DNA of 64,000 nt from Squalus acanthias (GCA_030390025.1 CM059432.1:36086001-36150000); one strand, 5' to 3'. Positions 47,039-60,534 are shown, counted from the first letter of the stretch. Translations and numbers: made by a program. Notes: generated from the letters alone by a model not told the origin.

Positions 47039-49363
47039 AGTGCTTCTGGAATTCGGTGACCAGCCCCTGGAATAGATTCTAGCTGTAACTTACTCCTGGG
47101 TAACCCTTGTCTTTCATATATAAACCATCTAATCATAGAATCATACGGCACAGGAGGCCATTCACCCGATCGTGTTGTGCCAGCTTGTTGGTAGAGCTAT
47201 CCAGTTAGTCCCATTCCCCCGCTCTTTCACCACAGCCCTGGAAATTTTTCCCTTTAAGTATTTATCCAATTCACTTTTGAAAGTTATTACTGAATCTGCT
47301 TCCACCACCCTTTCAGGCAGCGCATTCCAGATCTTAACAACTCGCTGTGTAAAAAACACTCATCTCCCCTCTGATTCTTTTGCCAATTATCTTAAATCAG
47401 TGTCCTCTGGTTACCGACCCACCCACCAGTTAAAAGTTTCTCTAACTTTAATGGGCTGTTAAATTCATTGCTACCCCACCCAAGTCAGGCAAGGGAGGGG
47501 TTAAAAAAAAAAAATCGACCAGCCCGTTAACAGTGACCGTCCAGATTGACACATGGGGAATGGCCACTTAGGGTGGGGGTATCTGGGGGGGGGGCTGGTA
47601 CCTGTGGACTTGTACCCCAGGCGGAATTAGCGCCTGCAGGAGAGGAAGGTGCTGAGGAAAAACCTAAAGGGAGCTCTGGATAAGGAATGTTGTTTCTTTT
47701 AAATGGAAATAGTGGGTGAGAGGCGCTCAGGCCTCAAGTTCTTGTCATCTCTCCCTCCACCCCCCCCCTCCCCTTTGCTGGCAGGCCGGCCGGAATTAAT
47801 CCGAGATTTTGGTTTCCAGCGTCTGCATGCGATTAAACAGCAGATGTGGGGGCAGCTGTTCCATTCTTTTCAACTTTGATCATCACGATCGAGAGGAACA
47901 GGCAGCGGAATCCACGCCCAACGTGTGCGGGCTGTGGAGTCAAAGTCAGGACTGATCAATAACAAGATGGAAACAAGAAGGGGGTTGGGTGAAACGGGGG
48001 TTAAATTGATAACCCTGGTAAAGGACCCAGGCCCAAAGCCCAGGACACTATCAAGATCAAAATAATTAGGCGAATAAGAAGGAGTGGCCAGGTCGCTCTG
48101 ATTCTTGTCTTTGCTCTCTTTTCCACAATATTTTTTCTTCTCCTTACTCAACTTATCTGCTTTCCAAAACACTTTGTGACATTTGCGGTAAGGAATTCAA
48201 CAGAAATCCAACCATAGACGGTTACCAACCCACAGTAGATTTAAAAAAAAAACTTGTTTCATTTTTGCCGTGTTTTTTTGTTGGGAAGCTACGCCTAAGG
48301 CCCAGGGCAAAGCTGAAAAGAATAGGAGAGAAAATTAGGTCAATTTGAAAGTGAGGAGGCTCCGACAATTGCATTCCCCTGTATTTAGAAGATTAAGGGG
48401 TGATTTAACTGAGGTGTTTGAAATGATCAAAGGCTTCAATAGGGTAGATAGTGAGAAACTATTTCCTCTGGTGGGGGAAATCCAGAACAAGGGGGCATAA
48501 TCTTAAAATGACAACCAGGCCATTTAGCAGTGAAATCAGGAAGCATTTTTTCACACAAAGGGCAGTAGAAATCATGAACTCACTCCCCCAAAGGTTATGG
48601 ATGCTGGGTCAATTGAAGTATTCAGGTCTGGGATTTACAGATTGGCACTGGGGAAGAAAAGGTTCAGAGGTGACCTTATAGAAGGATTCAAGAACATAAA
48701 GCATACACAGGACATAAACATCATGCTGTTTAACACAGTCGCAACAAGGGGACACAGTCTCAAGTTCAGAAGAGGGAAGGTAAAAGACAGTTCAGATTTA
48801 ACTCCTTTACTTTACGTGGTGAATGAATGGAATTGACTGATTTGAATTTGCTGGTACAGAGAGTTGGATAAGTACCTGGAAAAATATTTAATAAAGGGGT
48901 ATGAGAGGTGTGGTGGGATAGGATATTTCCCAGAGATTGGGCTTTATCAGTTATGAACATCCCTAAGGTGCTACACCATCCAGTAGATCCATTACAACTG
49001 CACCCCGTACAAGCACACCCATACATCTGGGCATTGGATATTCACCAAACATTCCTTCAAAAAGGTGCAGGCCATTGAGCGTCAGCCTTGGTCCAGTGGA
49101 AGCACTCTCGCCTTCCAGTCAGAAGGTTGTAGGTTCAAGCTCCACTCGAGAGGCTTGGGCACTTAATCTAGGTTAACACTCCAATACAGTAATGTAGTGT
49201 CAGAGGTGTCGTCTTTCGGATGAGACATTAAACCGATCTCCCAGGTGGACACAAAAGATCCTACGGCACTATTCAAAGACAAAGGGCGTTTTCCCAGTGT
49301 CTTGGCCAATATTTATCCCTCAACCAACAGGTCATCCAGTCTTTTATTTCATTGCGGTTTGCT

Positions 49364-50062
49364 AGGAAAGCCAGCATGCATTTGTTAAAGGCACATTTTG
49401 TTTAACTAACTTGATCGAGTTTTTTGATGAGGTAACAGAGAGGGTTGATGAGGGCAATGCGGTTGACGTAGTGCACATGGACTTCCAACAGGCGTTTGAT
49501 AAAGTGCCATATAATAGGCTTGCCAACAAAGTTGAAGCCCATGGGATAAAAGGGACAGTGGCAGGATGGATACGAAATTGGCTAAGTGACAGGAAACAGA
49601 GTAATGGTGAAGGGTTGTATTTTGAAATGAAGGAAGGTATACAGTGGTGTTCCCCAGGGGTTGGTACCAGGACCACTGCTTTTCTTGATATATATTAATG
49701 ACTTGGACTTGGACACACAGAGGACAATTTCAAAATTTGCAGATGACACAAACCTTGGAAGTATAGTGAACAGTGAGGAGGACAGTGATAGACTTCAAGA
49801 CAGACAGACAGGTTGGTGAAATGGGAAGACACGTGGCAGATGAAATTTAACGCAGAAAAGTGCGAAGTGATACATTTTGGTAGGAAGAACAAGGAGAGAC
49901 AACATAAACTAAAGGGTACAATTCTAAAGGGGGTGCATGAAGAGAGAGACCGGGGGGTATATGTGCACAAATCGTTGAAGGCAGCAGAGCAGGTTGAGAA
50001 AGCGGTTAAAAAAGCATACGGGATCCTGGGCTTCAGAAATAGAGGCAGAGAGAACAAAAGCA
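49364..50062 (+). mobile_element. CR1 RT fragment, running directly into the GA-rich repeat
   Basis: LIEFFDEVT..VDVVHMDFQQAFDKVP..WQMKFNAEKCEVIHFG. Confidence 0.9.
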
Positions 50063-52124
50063 AGGGAGAGAGCGAGCGAGCGGGGGGAGAGAGAGCGAGC
50101 GAGCGAGCGTGGGGGGGATAGAGATAGCGAGCGAGCGTGGGGGGGATAGAGATAGCGAGCGAGCGGGGGGGGGATAGAGATAGCGAGCGAGCGGGGGGGG
50201 GATAGAGATAGCGAGCGAGCGGGTGGGGGATGGCAGAGAGCGAGCGGGGGGGGGGAGAGAGCGAGCGAGCGAGCGGGGGGGGAGAGAGCGAGCGAGCGGG
50301 GGGGGGCGGGAGGGGCGAGAGAGGGCGGGAGCGCGGGAGGGCGAGAGAGGGCGGGAGGGCGAGAGCGGGCGGGCGAGAGCGGGAGGGCGAGAGCGGGCGG
50401 GCGAGGGCGGGAGGGCGAGGGCGGGAGGGAGCGAGGGCGGGAGGGAGCGAGGGCGAGGGCGGGAGGGAGCGAGGGCGAGGGCGGGAGGGAGCGAGGGCGA
50501 GGGCGGGAGGGAGCGAGGGCGGGAGGGAGCGAGGGCGAGGGCGGGAGGGAGCGAGGGCGAGGGCGGGAGGGAGCGAGGGCGAGGGCGGGAGGGAGCGAGG
50601 GCGAGGGCGGGAGGGAGCGAGGGCGAGGGCGGGAGGGAGCGAGGGCGAGGGCGGGAGGGAGCGAGGGCGAGGGGCGGGAGGGAGCGAGGGCGAGGGCGGG
50701 AGGGAGCGAGGGCGAGGGCGGGAGGGAGCGAGGGCGAGGGCGGGAGGGAGCGAGGGCGAGGGCGGGAGGGAGCGAGGGCGAGGGCGGGAGGGAGCGAGGG
50801 CGAGGGCGGGAGGGAGCGAGGGCGAGGGCGGGAGGGAGCGAGGGCGAGGGCGGGAGGGAGCGAGGGCGAGGGCGGGAGGGAGCGAGGGCGAGGGCGGGAG
50901 GGGGCGAGGGAGGGGGCGAGGGCGAGGGCGGGAGGGGGCGAGGGCGAGGGCGAGGGCGGGAGGGGGCGAGGGCGAGGGCGAGGGCGGGAGGGAGCGAGGG
51001 CGAGGGCGGGAGGGAGCGAGGGCGAGGGCGGGAGGGAGCGAGGGCGAGGGCGGGAGGGAGGGAGAGGGAGGGCGGGAGGGAGCGAGGGCGGGAGGGAGCG
51101 AGGGCGAGGGAGCGAGGGCGAGGGAGCGAGGGCGAGGGAGCGAGGGCGAGGGAGCGAGGGCGGGAGGGAGCGAGGGCGAGGGCGGGAGGGAGCGAGGGCG
51201 AGGGCGGGAGGGAGCGAGGGCGAGGGCGGGAGGGAGCGAGGGCGAGAGGGAGCGAGGGCGAGGGCGGGAGGGAGCGAGGGCGAGGGCGGGAGGGAGCGAG
51301 GGCGAGGGCGGGAGGGAGCGAGGGCGAGGGCGGGAGGGAGCGAGGGCGAGGGCGGGAGGGAGCGAGGGCGAGGGCGGGAGGGAGCGAGGGCGAGGGCGGG
51401 AGGGAGCGAGGGCGAGGGCGGGAGGGAGCGAGGGCGAGGGCGGGAGGGAGCGAGGGCGAGGGCGGGAGGGAGCGAGGGCGAGGGCGGGAGGGAGCGAGGG
51501 CGAGGGCGGGAGGGAGCGAGGGCGAGGGCGGGAGGGAGCGAGGGCGAGGGCGGGAGGGAGCGAGGGCGAGGGCGGGAGGGAGCGAGGGCGAGGGCGGGAG
51601 GGAGCGAGGGCGGGAGGGAGCGAGGGCGAGGGCGGGAGGGAGCGAGGGCGAGGGCGGGAGGGAGCGAGGGCGAGGGCGGGAGGGAGCGAGGGCGAGGGCG
51701 GGAGGGGCGAGGGCGGGAGGGGGCGAGGGCGAGGGCGGGAGGGAGCGAGGGCGAGGGCGGGAGGGGGCGAGGGCGAGGGCGGGAGGGGGCGAGGGCGAGG
51801 GGCGGGAGGGAGCGAGGGCGAGGGCGGGAGGGAGCGAGGGCGAGGGCGGGAGGGAGCGAGGGCGGGAGGGAGCGAGGGCGGGAGGGAGCGAGGGCGAGGG
51901 CGGGAGGGAGCGAGGGCGAGAGGGAGCGAGGGCGAGGGCGGGAGGGAGCGAGGGCGGGAGGGCGAGGGCGGGAGGGCGAGGGCGGGATGGCGAGGGCGGG
52001 AGGGCGGGAGGGGGAGGGCGAGGGCGGGAGGGCGAGGGCGAGGGCGAGGGCGGGAGGGCGGCGAGGGCGAGGGCGGGAGGGGCGGCGAGGGCGAGGGCGG
52101 GAGGGCGGGGAGGGCGAGGGCGAG
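50063..52124. repeat. About 2-kb G/A-rich tandem repeat, main unit gagggcgagggcgggagggagc (22 bp)
   Basis: Directly visible; almost no T on the + strand. Confidence 0.97.
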
Positions 52125-52324
52125 NNNNNNNNNNNNNNNNNNNNNNNNNNNNNNNNNNNNNNNNNNNNNNNNNNNNNNNNNNNNNNNNNNNNNNNNNNNN
52201 NNNNNNNNNNNNNNNNNNNNNNNNNNNNNNNNNNNNNNNNNNNNNNNNNNNNNNNNNNNNNNNNNNNNNNNNNNNNNNNNNNNNNNNNNNNNNNNNNNNN
52301 NNNNNNNNNNNNNNNNNNNNNNNN
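52125..52324. other. Assembly gap (200 N, true size unknown)
   Basis: Run of exactly 200 N. Confidence 0.99.
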
Positions 52325-53631
52325 TCTCTCTCTCTCTCTCCCCCCTCTCTCTCTCTCTCTCTCTCCCCCCAATCTTATCTCCCCCTCTCTCCCTCCCTGA
52401 GGCTCAGGCCCATTGTGGGTTCCAGTGTGCAGGCGCTCTTTATAAGTGCATCGCCATTCGCCAAGACTCCCAGCACAGTATCAGCATTCGGCAGCCATTT
52501 GCATTTTCACTGGCTCAGGGCTCACGCCTTTCGTGCTTTCCAGCACGCAGGCGGCGAAATGGGTCCAGCGCGCAGGCGTCGAAGCCCGCTCCTGCCGGCC
52601 TAAAGAACGAGCCTGTGGGACGCAATTGAAAAGAGCGCCTGCGCGTTGGAGCCCACTCCAGCAGGACTGCTCCCGGAACTGATCCTCACCCCAAGTAACA
52701 GCCCACATCTCCTTCACTTCCAGTGGCTCTGGTGCAGTCATCCTCCATTAACAGCACACGCTGGCTGAGGTGGGGGGAAAAAAGGCAGTGACTTGAGCAC
52801 ATAATCCCGGCTGACTCCTCAGTATCGATGGAGTACTGCACTGTCGGAGGTGCCATCTTTCAGATGAGACAATAAACTGAGGCCCAGTCTGCCCTCGCAG
52901 GTGGACATAAAAGATCCCTTGGTACTATTCGAAGAGTTCTCCCTGGTGTCCCGGCTAATATTTATCCCAAAACCGACATCACTAAAACAGATTATCTGGT
53001 CATTATTTCATTGTTGTTTGAATGAGAGAGAGAGGGATCTTGCTGTACACAAATTGGCCACCGCAGTGACTGAATCTTCAAAATTAAAAAAAATACTTCA
53101 TTGACTTTAGAGATTTGGAACTTCCTGAGATCGTAAGAGGTGCTATATAAATGCAAGTCTTGTGTGATGTTTTTCAATTTAAATGGTGGTGGGGGAGGGG
53201 GGGGGTGTGGACATGGACTAAAAATATATGATGTTGTGGCCCTGAGCAGTACAAATGAGGAAGAGCCCACGTTCGATTATCTATCGGTGCTGAGTTAGTT
53301 GATCCTCGCTAGGGTGGTGGTAGGGATACTAAAATTGGTCTCAGCACCCCTGGGCTCGGAGCCAGAGTGCCTGTTCTGGATTGGCATCTAATGACACCTG
53401 CTGGATAGTGGTGTGCATGGATATTAGTGAGGACCGGATTGGTCTCGGCTGTGATTCTGCCCTCCCCAGGGATGCTGCAGTAGCCTGCCGGCACTTACCA
53501 TCCAGGCTCACACACAGCCACTCGGGTGAGGCCCTGGCATGAATCTGGGTTAGTGGGGGTGGAAGCAGATTCTGGAAGTAGGGGAGCTGCTCCGTCCGTG
53601 AATCTCAGGACTGTGCCATTTTGTTTTGCAG

Positions 53632-53768
53632 GGACCTCGTTGACGAGGCAAAGGACTACCATCTGATGCCCGAGCGGCGCCCTCACCTACCGTCTTTCAA
53701 GACACGTTCAAGATGCTGCACCTCCATCGCCGGCTTGATCTACGCGGTGGGAGGACTCAATTCTGCCG
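53632..53768 (+). CDS. KLHL18: KLHL18 internal exon (first one visible): [45 protein letters not shown]
   Basis: ttttgcag/ acceptor and G/gtctgt donor, 137 nt, phase 2 to 1. Near-identical to the KLHL18 BACK-Kelch linker as I recall it. Confidence 0.93.
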
Positions 53769-55204
53769 GTCTGTGTTGACTCAGGATGTTCAAAAGGTCT
53801 GGACTAGTCTGGCTCCTTTAAGGGACATTTCATGATGGCATTTATTTGTGCTCATTAATAGAGCAGTTATTGGGGACAAAAAAATGTTTTTTCTTCAGCT
53901 GGAGAAGGCCTGTGATGAGTCAGAGATGAGATTCCTGCTGCAAATAACCCGTTCTCTGTCTGAAATTTGGCAAGAATTGTTCAAGATGCAACTCTCAGCA
54001 AATGCCCCTTAAAGGAACTTGGCTAGTCTGATTGTCCCTCGCCTCGACCCCCAGGCCCTCAACAGAGTTTCAGCACATTGCGCAGCTTACCTGATTGACT
54101 CAGTGCTCCCAAGATGACGATCCAAGTCATGAACCTGTGTGCTGTCTGTGTGTGTGTCTTTGTTCGAATGTGTGTGTCTCTGTATCTGACAGAATACAGA
54201 ACAAGTCATCCTAGTAATCTCATACAGCGTATATACATAATGCATTTACATCTGGTGGGGTATATAAGTAGAGAGACTCGGAGATATAGAACAAGAAGCA
54301 GTTATTCAGGTTGGAATCGCTGGGCCCCCAGACCTTGTGTTGATTTGTTACATCTGTCAGATTTTCCTTCTTCATTCCAGAAATATTAGCCCTTCACTCC
54401 CGCACAGCTCTGTCCAGCTGGGTAAAGGCACCGCCTGATGTGGAAATGATTTATACAGACCAGCAGACCCACGTTCAATCTAAGTTTCTACTGTAGCTGA
54501 TCTCAGCCAAGTCACCAATTGGGGGATTACAATTGCCCTCCGTGCTGTCGGTCTGTCTGTTTGTCTGGGCACCTGAGTGGGTGTAGGATGAGGCTGGGCT
54601 GTGATGTGCCCCACAGAGGAATACCCTCTGACGAGGCTCACCCATGAAGAACGAGTAAAATAGTTGAAGAGGCTCTGCTCATGTAGTACAGTACCCTAGC
54701 GAGGACTCGGCACCTTCAGCTGGGGAAGGAAGGAAAAAGCGAATTGGCAAAAGAAAAAATAGTTTTAATCTCAAAAAAAAAGTTAGACTTCTTAAAACCA
54801 GAGGTCGGATGGTGTTGCTGTGGGCGTCACCAAAGGGGAGATGGTATGTGCGTCCTACAGTGGCTCCACTGAAAGCAGTGGGGTCCACAACACCAGTCTG
54901 TCCTCACAGGTGCCTGATCATTGAAAAGCAAGCTGCCAGCCTGGGGGCAAGGCTAACCAATAATTTCCTTCCCCTTCAGATATATTATCTAACATTCTGA
55001 CCCCTGACCCCCGACCTCATCCATGCTTGCACCATTGTGTGTCATCAGTTTGCTGCAAGTTAGTAACCCTATGAAGCTATAGTTGAATAGTTAGACGCTG
55101 GTTCGCTCTAACGATTGACATGGGGTCATGGAGTTACTGGGCTGGACCTCAAGTTCCGCCCATCCCCCTCTCTAACTGCTCCTGCCACGTCTTTGACTTT
55201 GCAG

Positions 55205-55427
55205 GTGACTCTTTGAATGTGGCGGAGGTGTTTGACCCTATTGCCAATCGATGGGAGCGGTGTCAAGAGATGACCACGTCCCGGAGCCGTGTGGGCGTGG
55301 CCATGGTGAACGGGCTCTTGTACGCGATAGGCGGGTTCGATGGGCAGTCGAGGTTGAGTACGGTGGAAGTTTACAACCCGGAGATGGACACGTGGACTAA
55401 AGTGGCCAGCATGAACAGTAAGCGCAG
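55205..55427 (+). CDS. KLHL18: KLHL18 exon (Kelch 1-2): [20 protein letters not shown]...ASMNSKR
   Basis: tttgcag/ acceptor and AG/gtagga donor, 223 nt, phase 1 to 2. Kelch GG..Y..W pattern. Confidence 0.95.
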
Positions 55428-55539
55428 GTAGGAACGCATGGGCATGCCAACAGCACTGCGGAAAACTGCATTTTGCCCCCCCTTTCCTGCACCCTTTCTC
55501 TGTCTCCCGGTCCATCACACATTCTGTGTCTCCTGCACC

Positions 55540-56412
55540 CCCCCATCACCCATTCAGTTTCCCCTCTCCTTCACCAATTCTCTGTGTTCCCCTCTGCCTC
55601 CTTCACCCATTTTCTGTTTGCCTCGCCCTCCTTCACCCACTCTGTCTCTCCCTCGCCTTCATCCATTCTCTGTGTCTCTCTCCCTCCTTCACCTGTTCTA
55701 TCTCTCTCCCTCCTTCATCCATTCTCTGTGTCTCTCTCCCTCCTTCATCCATTCTCTGTGTCTCTCTCCCTCCTTCATCCATTCTCTGTATCTCTCTCCC
55801 TCCTTCATCCATTCTGTGTCTCTCTCCCTCCTTCACCCATTCTCTGTGTCTCTCCCCCTCCTTCACCCATTCTGTGTCTCTCTCCCTCCTTCACCCATTC
55901 TCTGTGTCTCTCTCCCTCCTTCACCCATTCTCTGTCTCCCTCCCTCCTTCACCCGTTCTCTGTGTCTCTCTCCCTCCTTCACCCATTCTCTGTCTCCCTC
56001 CCTCCTTCACCCGTTCTCTGTCTCTCTCCCCCTCCTTCACCCGTTCTCTGTCTCTCTCCCCCCCTCCTTCACCCGTTCTCTGTCTCTCTCCCCCCCTCCT
56101 TCACCCGTTCTCTGTCTCTCTCCCTCCCTCCTTCACCCGTTCTCTGTCTCTCTCCCTCCCTCCTTCACCCGTTCTCTGTCTCTCTCCCTCCCTCCTTCAC
56201 CCGTTCTCTGTCTCTCTCCCTCCCTCCTTCACCCGTTCTCTGTCTCTCTCCCTCCCTCCTTCACCCGTTCTCTGTCTCTCTCCCTCCCTCCTTCACCCGT
56301 TCTCTGTCTCTCTCCCTCCCTCCTTCACCCGTTCTCTGTCTCTCTCCCCCTCCTTCACCCGTTCGCTGTCTCTCTCCCCCTCCTTCACCCGTTTTTTGTC
56401 TCTCCCCCTCCC
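55540..56412. repeat. CT-rich minisatellite, unit about 28-32 bp (ccctccttcacccgttctctgtctctct)
   Basis: Directly visible in the KLHL18 intron; explains three spurious ORFs of about 300 aa. Confidence 0.95.
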
Positions 56413-56424
56413 TTATCTTGGAGG

Positions 56425-56830
56425 GATAAAGAGCTAAATTATGAGGACAGGTTGCATAATTCCCTTGTTTAAAAGATTGAGGGATGATCTAATCGAGGTG
56501 TTTCAAATGATAAATGAATTCGATAGGATAAATATAAATAACCTGTTTTTGTGGTGGAGAAATCCAGAATAAGGGGGCATAATCTTAAAATTCGAGCTAG
56601 GCCATTCAGGAGTGAAATCAGGAAGCACTTTCCACACAAAGGGTAGTGAAAAAATCTGAACTCTCTTCCCCTGAATGGCTGTGGATGCTGAGTCAATAGA
56701 GATTTGTTGGGCAAGAGTATAAAGGGATATGGATCAAAAGTAAGTAAATGGAGTTCACAGATCAGCCATGATCTAACTGAATGGCAGAACAGACTCAAGG
56801 GGCTGAATGGCCCCATCCTGTTCCTGTGAG
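56425..56830 (+). mobile_element. CR1 3' fragment
   Basis: Same family as 23495-24085. Confidence 0.82.
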
Positions 56831-58132
56831 CTGAACCATGCTGGTGGCTCATTGCTCAAAGTCTCTGCCTCTGTGCCAGACAGATGCGGATGGTCCCAGG
56901 TTTGATACCTGGTCTGTGCTGAGTCCACTAATCTCAGTAACGGGCTGATACAATTGTCCTCAGCATGTCTGGACTAGGGAAACGGGGAATCGACCATGGT
57001 TCCAGCCTCTGATTGCTATCTACTGACCCCTGCTGGAAAATGTGTGTCTGTCTGCCTGTTCACCCTAGATTGGCTTCACAGTCAGATAGCCTGCAGTCAC
57101 TGTCGAGTTGAGGCATAAAAAATGGCCAATTGTACAAGGTACTGACTGCTGCATGTAGAACTGGACTCCAGTGAGAGATCGAGCACCTTCAGGAGAAGAG
57201 AGGAAAAGCTGGAGGAACAAAAAAGTAAATTGTGTTGCTTTCTTTTGATGGTTTGACAAAATATTGCCTGTATTCTTTGAATATTTTTAAGGCAGAGGTA
57301 GATAGATTCTTGGTAAGCAAGGGGGTGAAAAGTTATCGGGGGTAGGCGGGAATGTGGAGTCATTGGATCAGCCATGATCTTATTCAATGGCGGAGCAGGC
57401 TCGAAGGGCCGAGTGGCCTACTCCTGCTCCTAATTTGTATGCTCGTATTGTCACCTTATTTTTAGTGTGTTGATTTGATGCTACAGTAAAGCAGTTAGCT
57501 GAGGTGTCCCCAGTAGATTAGTGAGTGACTGCAGTGTGTGGTACTGAGCCACACAGGTCTGTGCTGAACTAGCTGATCTCAGCCAGGGTGGTGGTGAAGT
57601 CTGGCCGCTTGGCTAAGATGTAAGGGGGCCTCCACGATCCTTGGAGTTCCAGCCCAGCATGCGTCAGAGAGGAGGGCACTGTTGAAGGAATATCTCTTGT
57701 TACAGCTGCACTCCCTTAATCCACCTAATCATTTTCTTCTCTGGTCTGCCGGTAGCAACTCATTCAGTACAGTCCTATGGTGCCTGCCTACCTCTGCTGT
57801 CTTTAGACGGTGAGTGTTGGCTGGCTATTTGACAGTGAGAGGCATCCCAGTTGAGCCCAGTCCTGTCCTTAAACCTGGCTTTAATTTAAATTCTCTTCTC
57901 TCCCTTCCCCCAACCTAGAGGGCTGAAGACAAGACCCCTACCAGAACCCTGTCTGAGATCAGTGAACCGAGGACCAACTACGCATATGGCTCAGTTCCAC
58001 TCCGGGCAGTGCATTTACTAAACCGAGCCTTAATCTGATACTTTATATGTAGCGAAGGCACAGCAAAGAGTCACCAGGCTGATCCTCAGTGTCAGGTACC
58101 TGAATTATGAGGAAAGATTGGAGAGACTCGGG

Positions 58133-58750
58133 CGGGGGGAGAATTGGGTTGCTTTGTGCCTCCCGTTAGCGCCCGGGCGCGGCGCCACTAACTCACGGGA
58201 GGTTAGCGGTGGCGGTAGTGCCCCGCAGAGCTGCGCCGCCGGCGATGACATCACCGCCATGCGCAGCACCCCGCTTGTGCCCCGGCCGCAAACTTCCCTT
58301 GCGCCTCCTGACCTATCGCCGGACAATATGTCTGACTGGTTTAGGGGACGTTTTGGCAGCAGTGGCGGTGCAAATTAAAGGGCAGGTGCCGGGTGGCCAT
58401 TTTTCTTTTGGCCGACTGCCAGCACCTGCTCCTTCTTACCTCTGTATGCGGGGTGCCGACCGCTCAGCTCAGCACTTCTCTTGAGTGCCGGGCTGTTTTC
58501 CCGGCACCCCGCTCCCCGGTGGTCCAGCAGGGCTCCGGTGTGTGCAGCGCTAGGCCCCTCCCCTTTAATCGGGGGAGGAGGCCTGCAATGGCGTGGCGCT
58601 ACTTGCCGCTGTGCATGGCGCTGTTGCACGTAGCGCCGCGAAATTCACTGGTAGCGCCCCAAGAAGGAGGGGGAGCGCTTTCCAGTAGCACTCCGCCTCC
58701 TGCTTGGGGCGCTACTACTGAATTTACAGCCCCACCGAATTTTTCCCCCT
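58133..58750. mobile_element. GC/CpG-rich non-autonomous element inserted in an old CR1 remnant
   Basis: Abrupt GC-rich block between CR1 words ttatgaggaaagattggagagact and tgggcttttcagcctaga. Ends ggggggagaatt and gaattt(t)tccccc resemble TIRs. Confidence 0.5.
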
Positions 58751-59162
58751 TGGGCTTTTCAGCCTAGAAATAAGTTGCCTGAGGGATTATCTTAAAGGGT
58801 GTAGAGGATAGTAAATGGTAAGGGAAAGGTTAATCGAGAACATGTCTTCAACTGTGACGAGATAAGGGCTACAGGTTCAAACTGGTGAAAGGTAAATTTA
58901 GGGCTGACGTTGGGAAATTTTTCACACACACCGTGATCAACACATGGGATGGACTCTCAGATAGAATAGTGGAGGTGCAGACCTCCAAACCATTTAATAA
59001 GCAGCTACATTGGAGCACTCAGTATTTTTCTGAGTGATGGGCCATCCTAGCTTATCCATGTAGTTGGAAAACCTGTTTCTTTCTATCATGTGAATGGACC
59101 CTGAGTGTTTGGGCAGTGGGTCTATAGCTAGTATCTCAGTCTGTCTCTGCTGTTTGTTTCAG

Positions 59163-59267
59163 TGCAATGGGGACGGCTGTCATGGATGGACATATCTACG
59201 TTTGTGGTGGGTATGATGGAATCGCCTCCCTCAATTCAGTGGAATGTTACACTCCAGAAGCTGACAA
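59163..59267 (+). CDS. KLHL18: KLHL18 exon (Kelch 3): [36 protein letters not shown]
   Basis: tttcag/ acceptor and AA/gtaagg donor, 105 nt, phase 2-2. Confidence 0.95.
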
Positions 59268-59945
59268 GTAAGGAATCTTCATGATGCCTTTTTATTTTTG
59301 CAACCGTGGGTCAGTCAAAGGTGTGAAAAAGGAAATGTTCTTATGAAGGAATGACTGAGATACCACATGAGTACTTTGCCTCACTTTTCATGGGAGAATG
59401 TGATAGTGGGAAGGAATGGGGAGGGGGAGCTGCAGAGTAATTAACCTATATATAAGGAAGGAGTATTGAGAATATCATTGGAGCTCAAAGTGGAAAAGGC
59501 TGCATCCTAGAATGCTGAGGGAAGTCAGAGAGGAAACAGTGGAGGCTCTGACCACATCGTTCAAACATCCTTTAGCATTGTAACACCACTGTTTAAGAAT
59601 GGAGAAAGAGATGAAACCAGGTAACTGTATACCAGTGAACCTGTCATTGGTAGGAGGTAAGCTTCTACAGGGCATCGAGCGGGATAAATTAATGCTCACC
59701 GAGAAAGAAACAAGTTCATTAAGGACAGACACCGTAGATTTTTAAACGGCAAGCAGTGTCTGACAATTTTAATGGAGTTCTTTGAGGTGTTGATAAAGTA
59801 AAAACCATGGATGTTGTGTGCATAGATTTTTTAAAAAGGGTTCAATAAGACAAGGTTTGTTAAAATGAATGCGCATGGTATTAAAAGAATGTGGTAGCAT
59901 GGAAGGGATGCTGGTTAAAGGAAAGAACACTGTTTTATTGATGTA

Positions 59946-60375
59946 GTCAGCTGTGGCTCAGTAGACAACACTCTTGCCTCCAAGTCAGAAGGTTGTGTGT
60001 TCAAGACGCACGCCAGAAACATGAGCACAAAATCTAGGCTGACACTCCCTGTGCAGGACTGAGCGAATACAGCACTGTTGGAGGTGCCGTCTTTCGGACG
60101 AACATTAAACTGAGGCTCTGTTTGCCCTCTCAGGTGGACGTAAAAGATCCCATGGCATTATTTTGAAATTTGTCTACTGACCAATAATTTATCTCTCAAC
60201 CAACATCACTAGATTATCTGGTCATCATTATCTCATTGCTGTTTATGGGACCTTGCTGTGGCTGTGTTTCCTACATTACAACAGTGACTATACTGCAAAA
60301 ATACTCCATTCAATGGAAAGTGCTTTGGGATGTCCCAAGTTTGTGAAATGCACTATATAAATGCAAGTCTTTTTT
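59946..60375 (+). mobile_element. DeuSINE
   Basis: Family consensus, nested in an old CR1. Confidence 0.85.
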
Positions 60376-60395
60376 TAAATGTAAACAGTGGTGAC

Positions 60396-60534
60396 CAATG
60401 TTCCCCAGTAATCTTTTTTTGGGTGTGCGGACCCTGTAAGGGGCTGTGTGGCCCATTCAAATTAGCGAGCATGTGCGTTTTTTGCCATTAGAACGCCATG
60501 GAGCCAGCTGTGCGGGAGCTAAACGGGAACGTTG
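60396..60534. mobile_element. hAT-type MITE (same family as 23812-23966, opposite orientation)
   Basis: Ends caatgttccc / gggaacgttg; 8-bp TSD gtggtgac at 60388-60395 and 60535-60542. Confidence 0.85.

Noticed and set aside
47870..48172. 100-aa minus-strand ORF in unique sequence
   Set aside because: Non-ATG start, no recognisable domain or splice context.
50033..52629. ORFs of 725-799 aa
   Set aside because: Translations of a stop-free GA-rich tandem repeat that read through the N gap.
55438..56472. Three overlapping ORFs of 300-344 aa
   Set aside because: CT-rich minisatellite inside a KLHL18 intron.
58133..58750. CpG island as a promoter or coding exon
   Set aside because: It interrupts a CR1 remnant, has TIR-like ends, and its ORFs match nothing I recognise.
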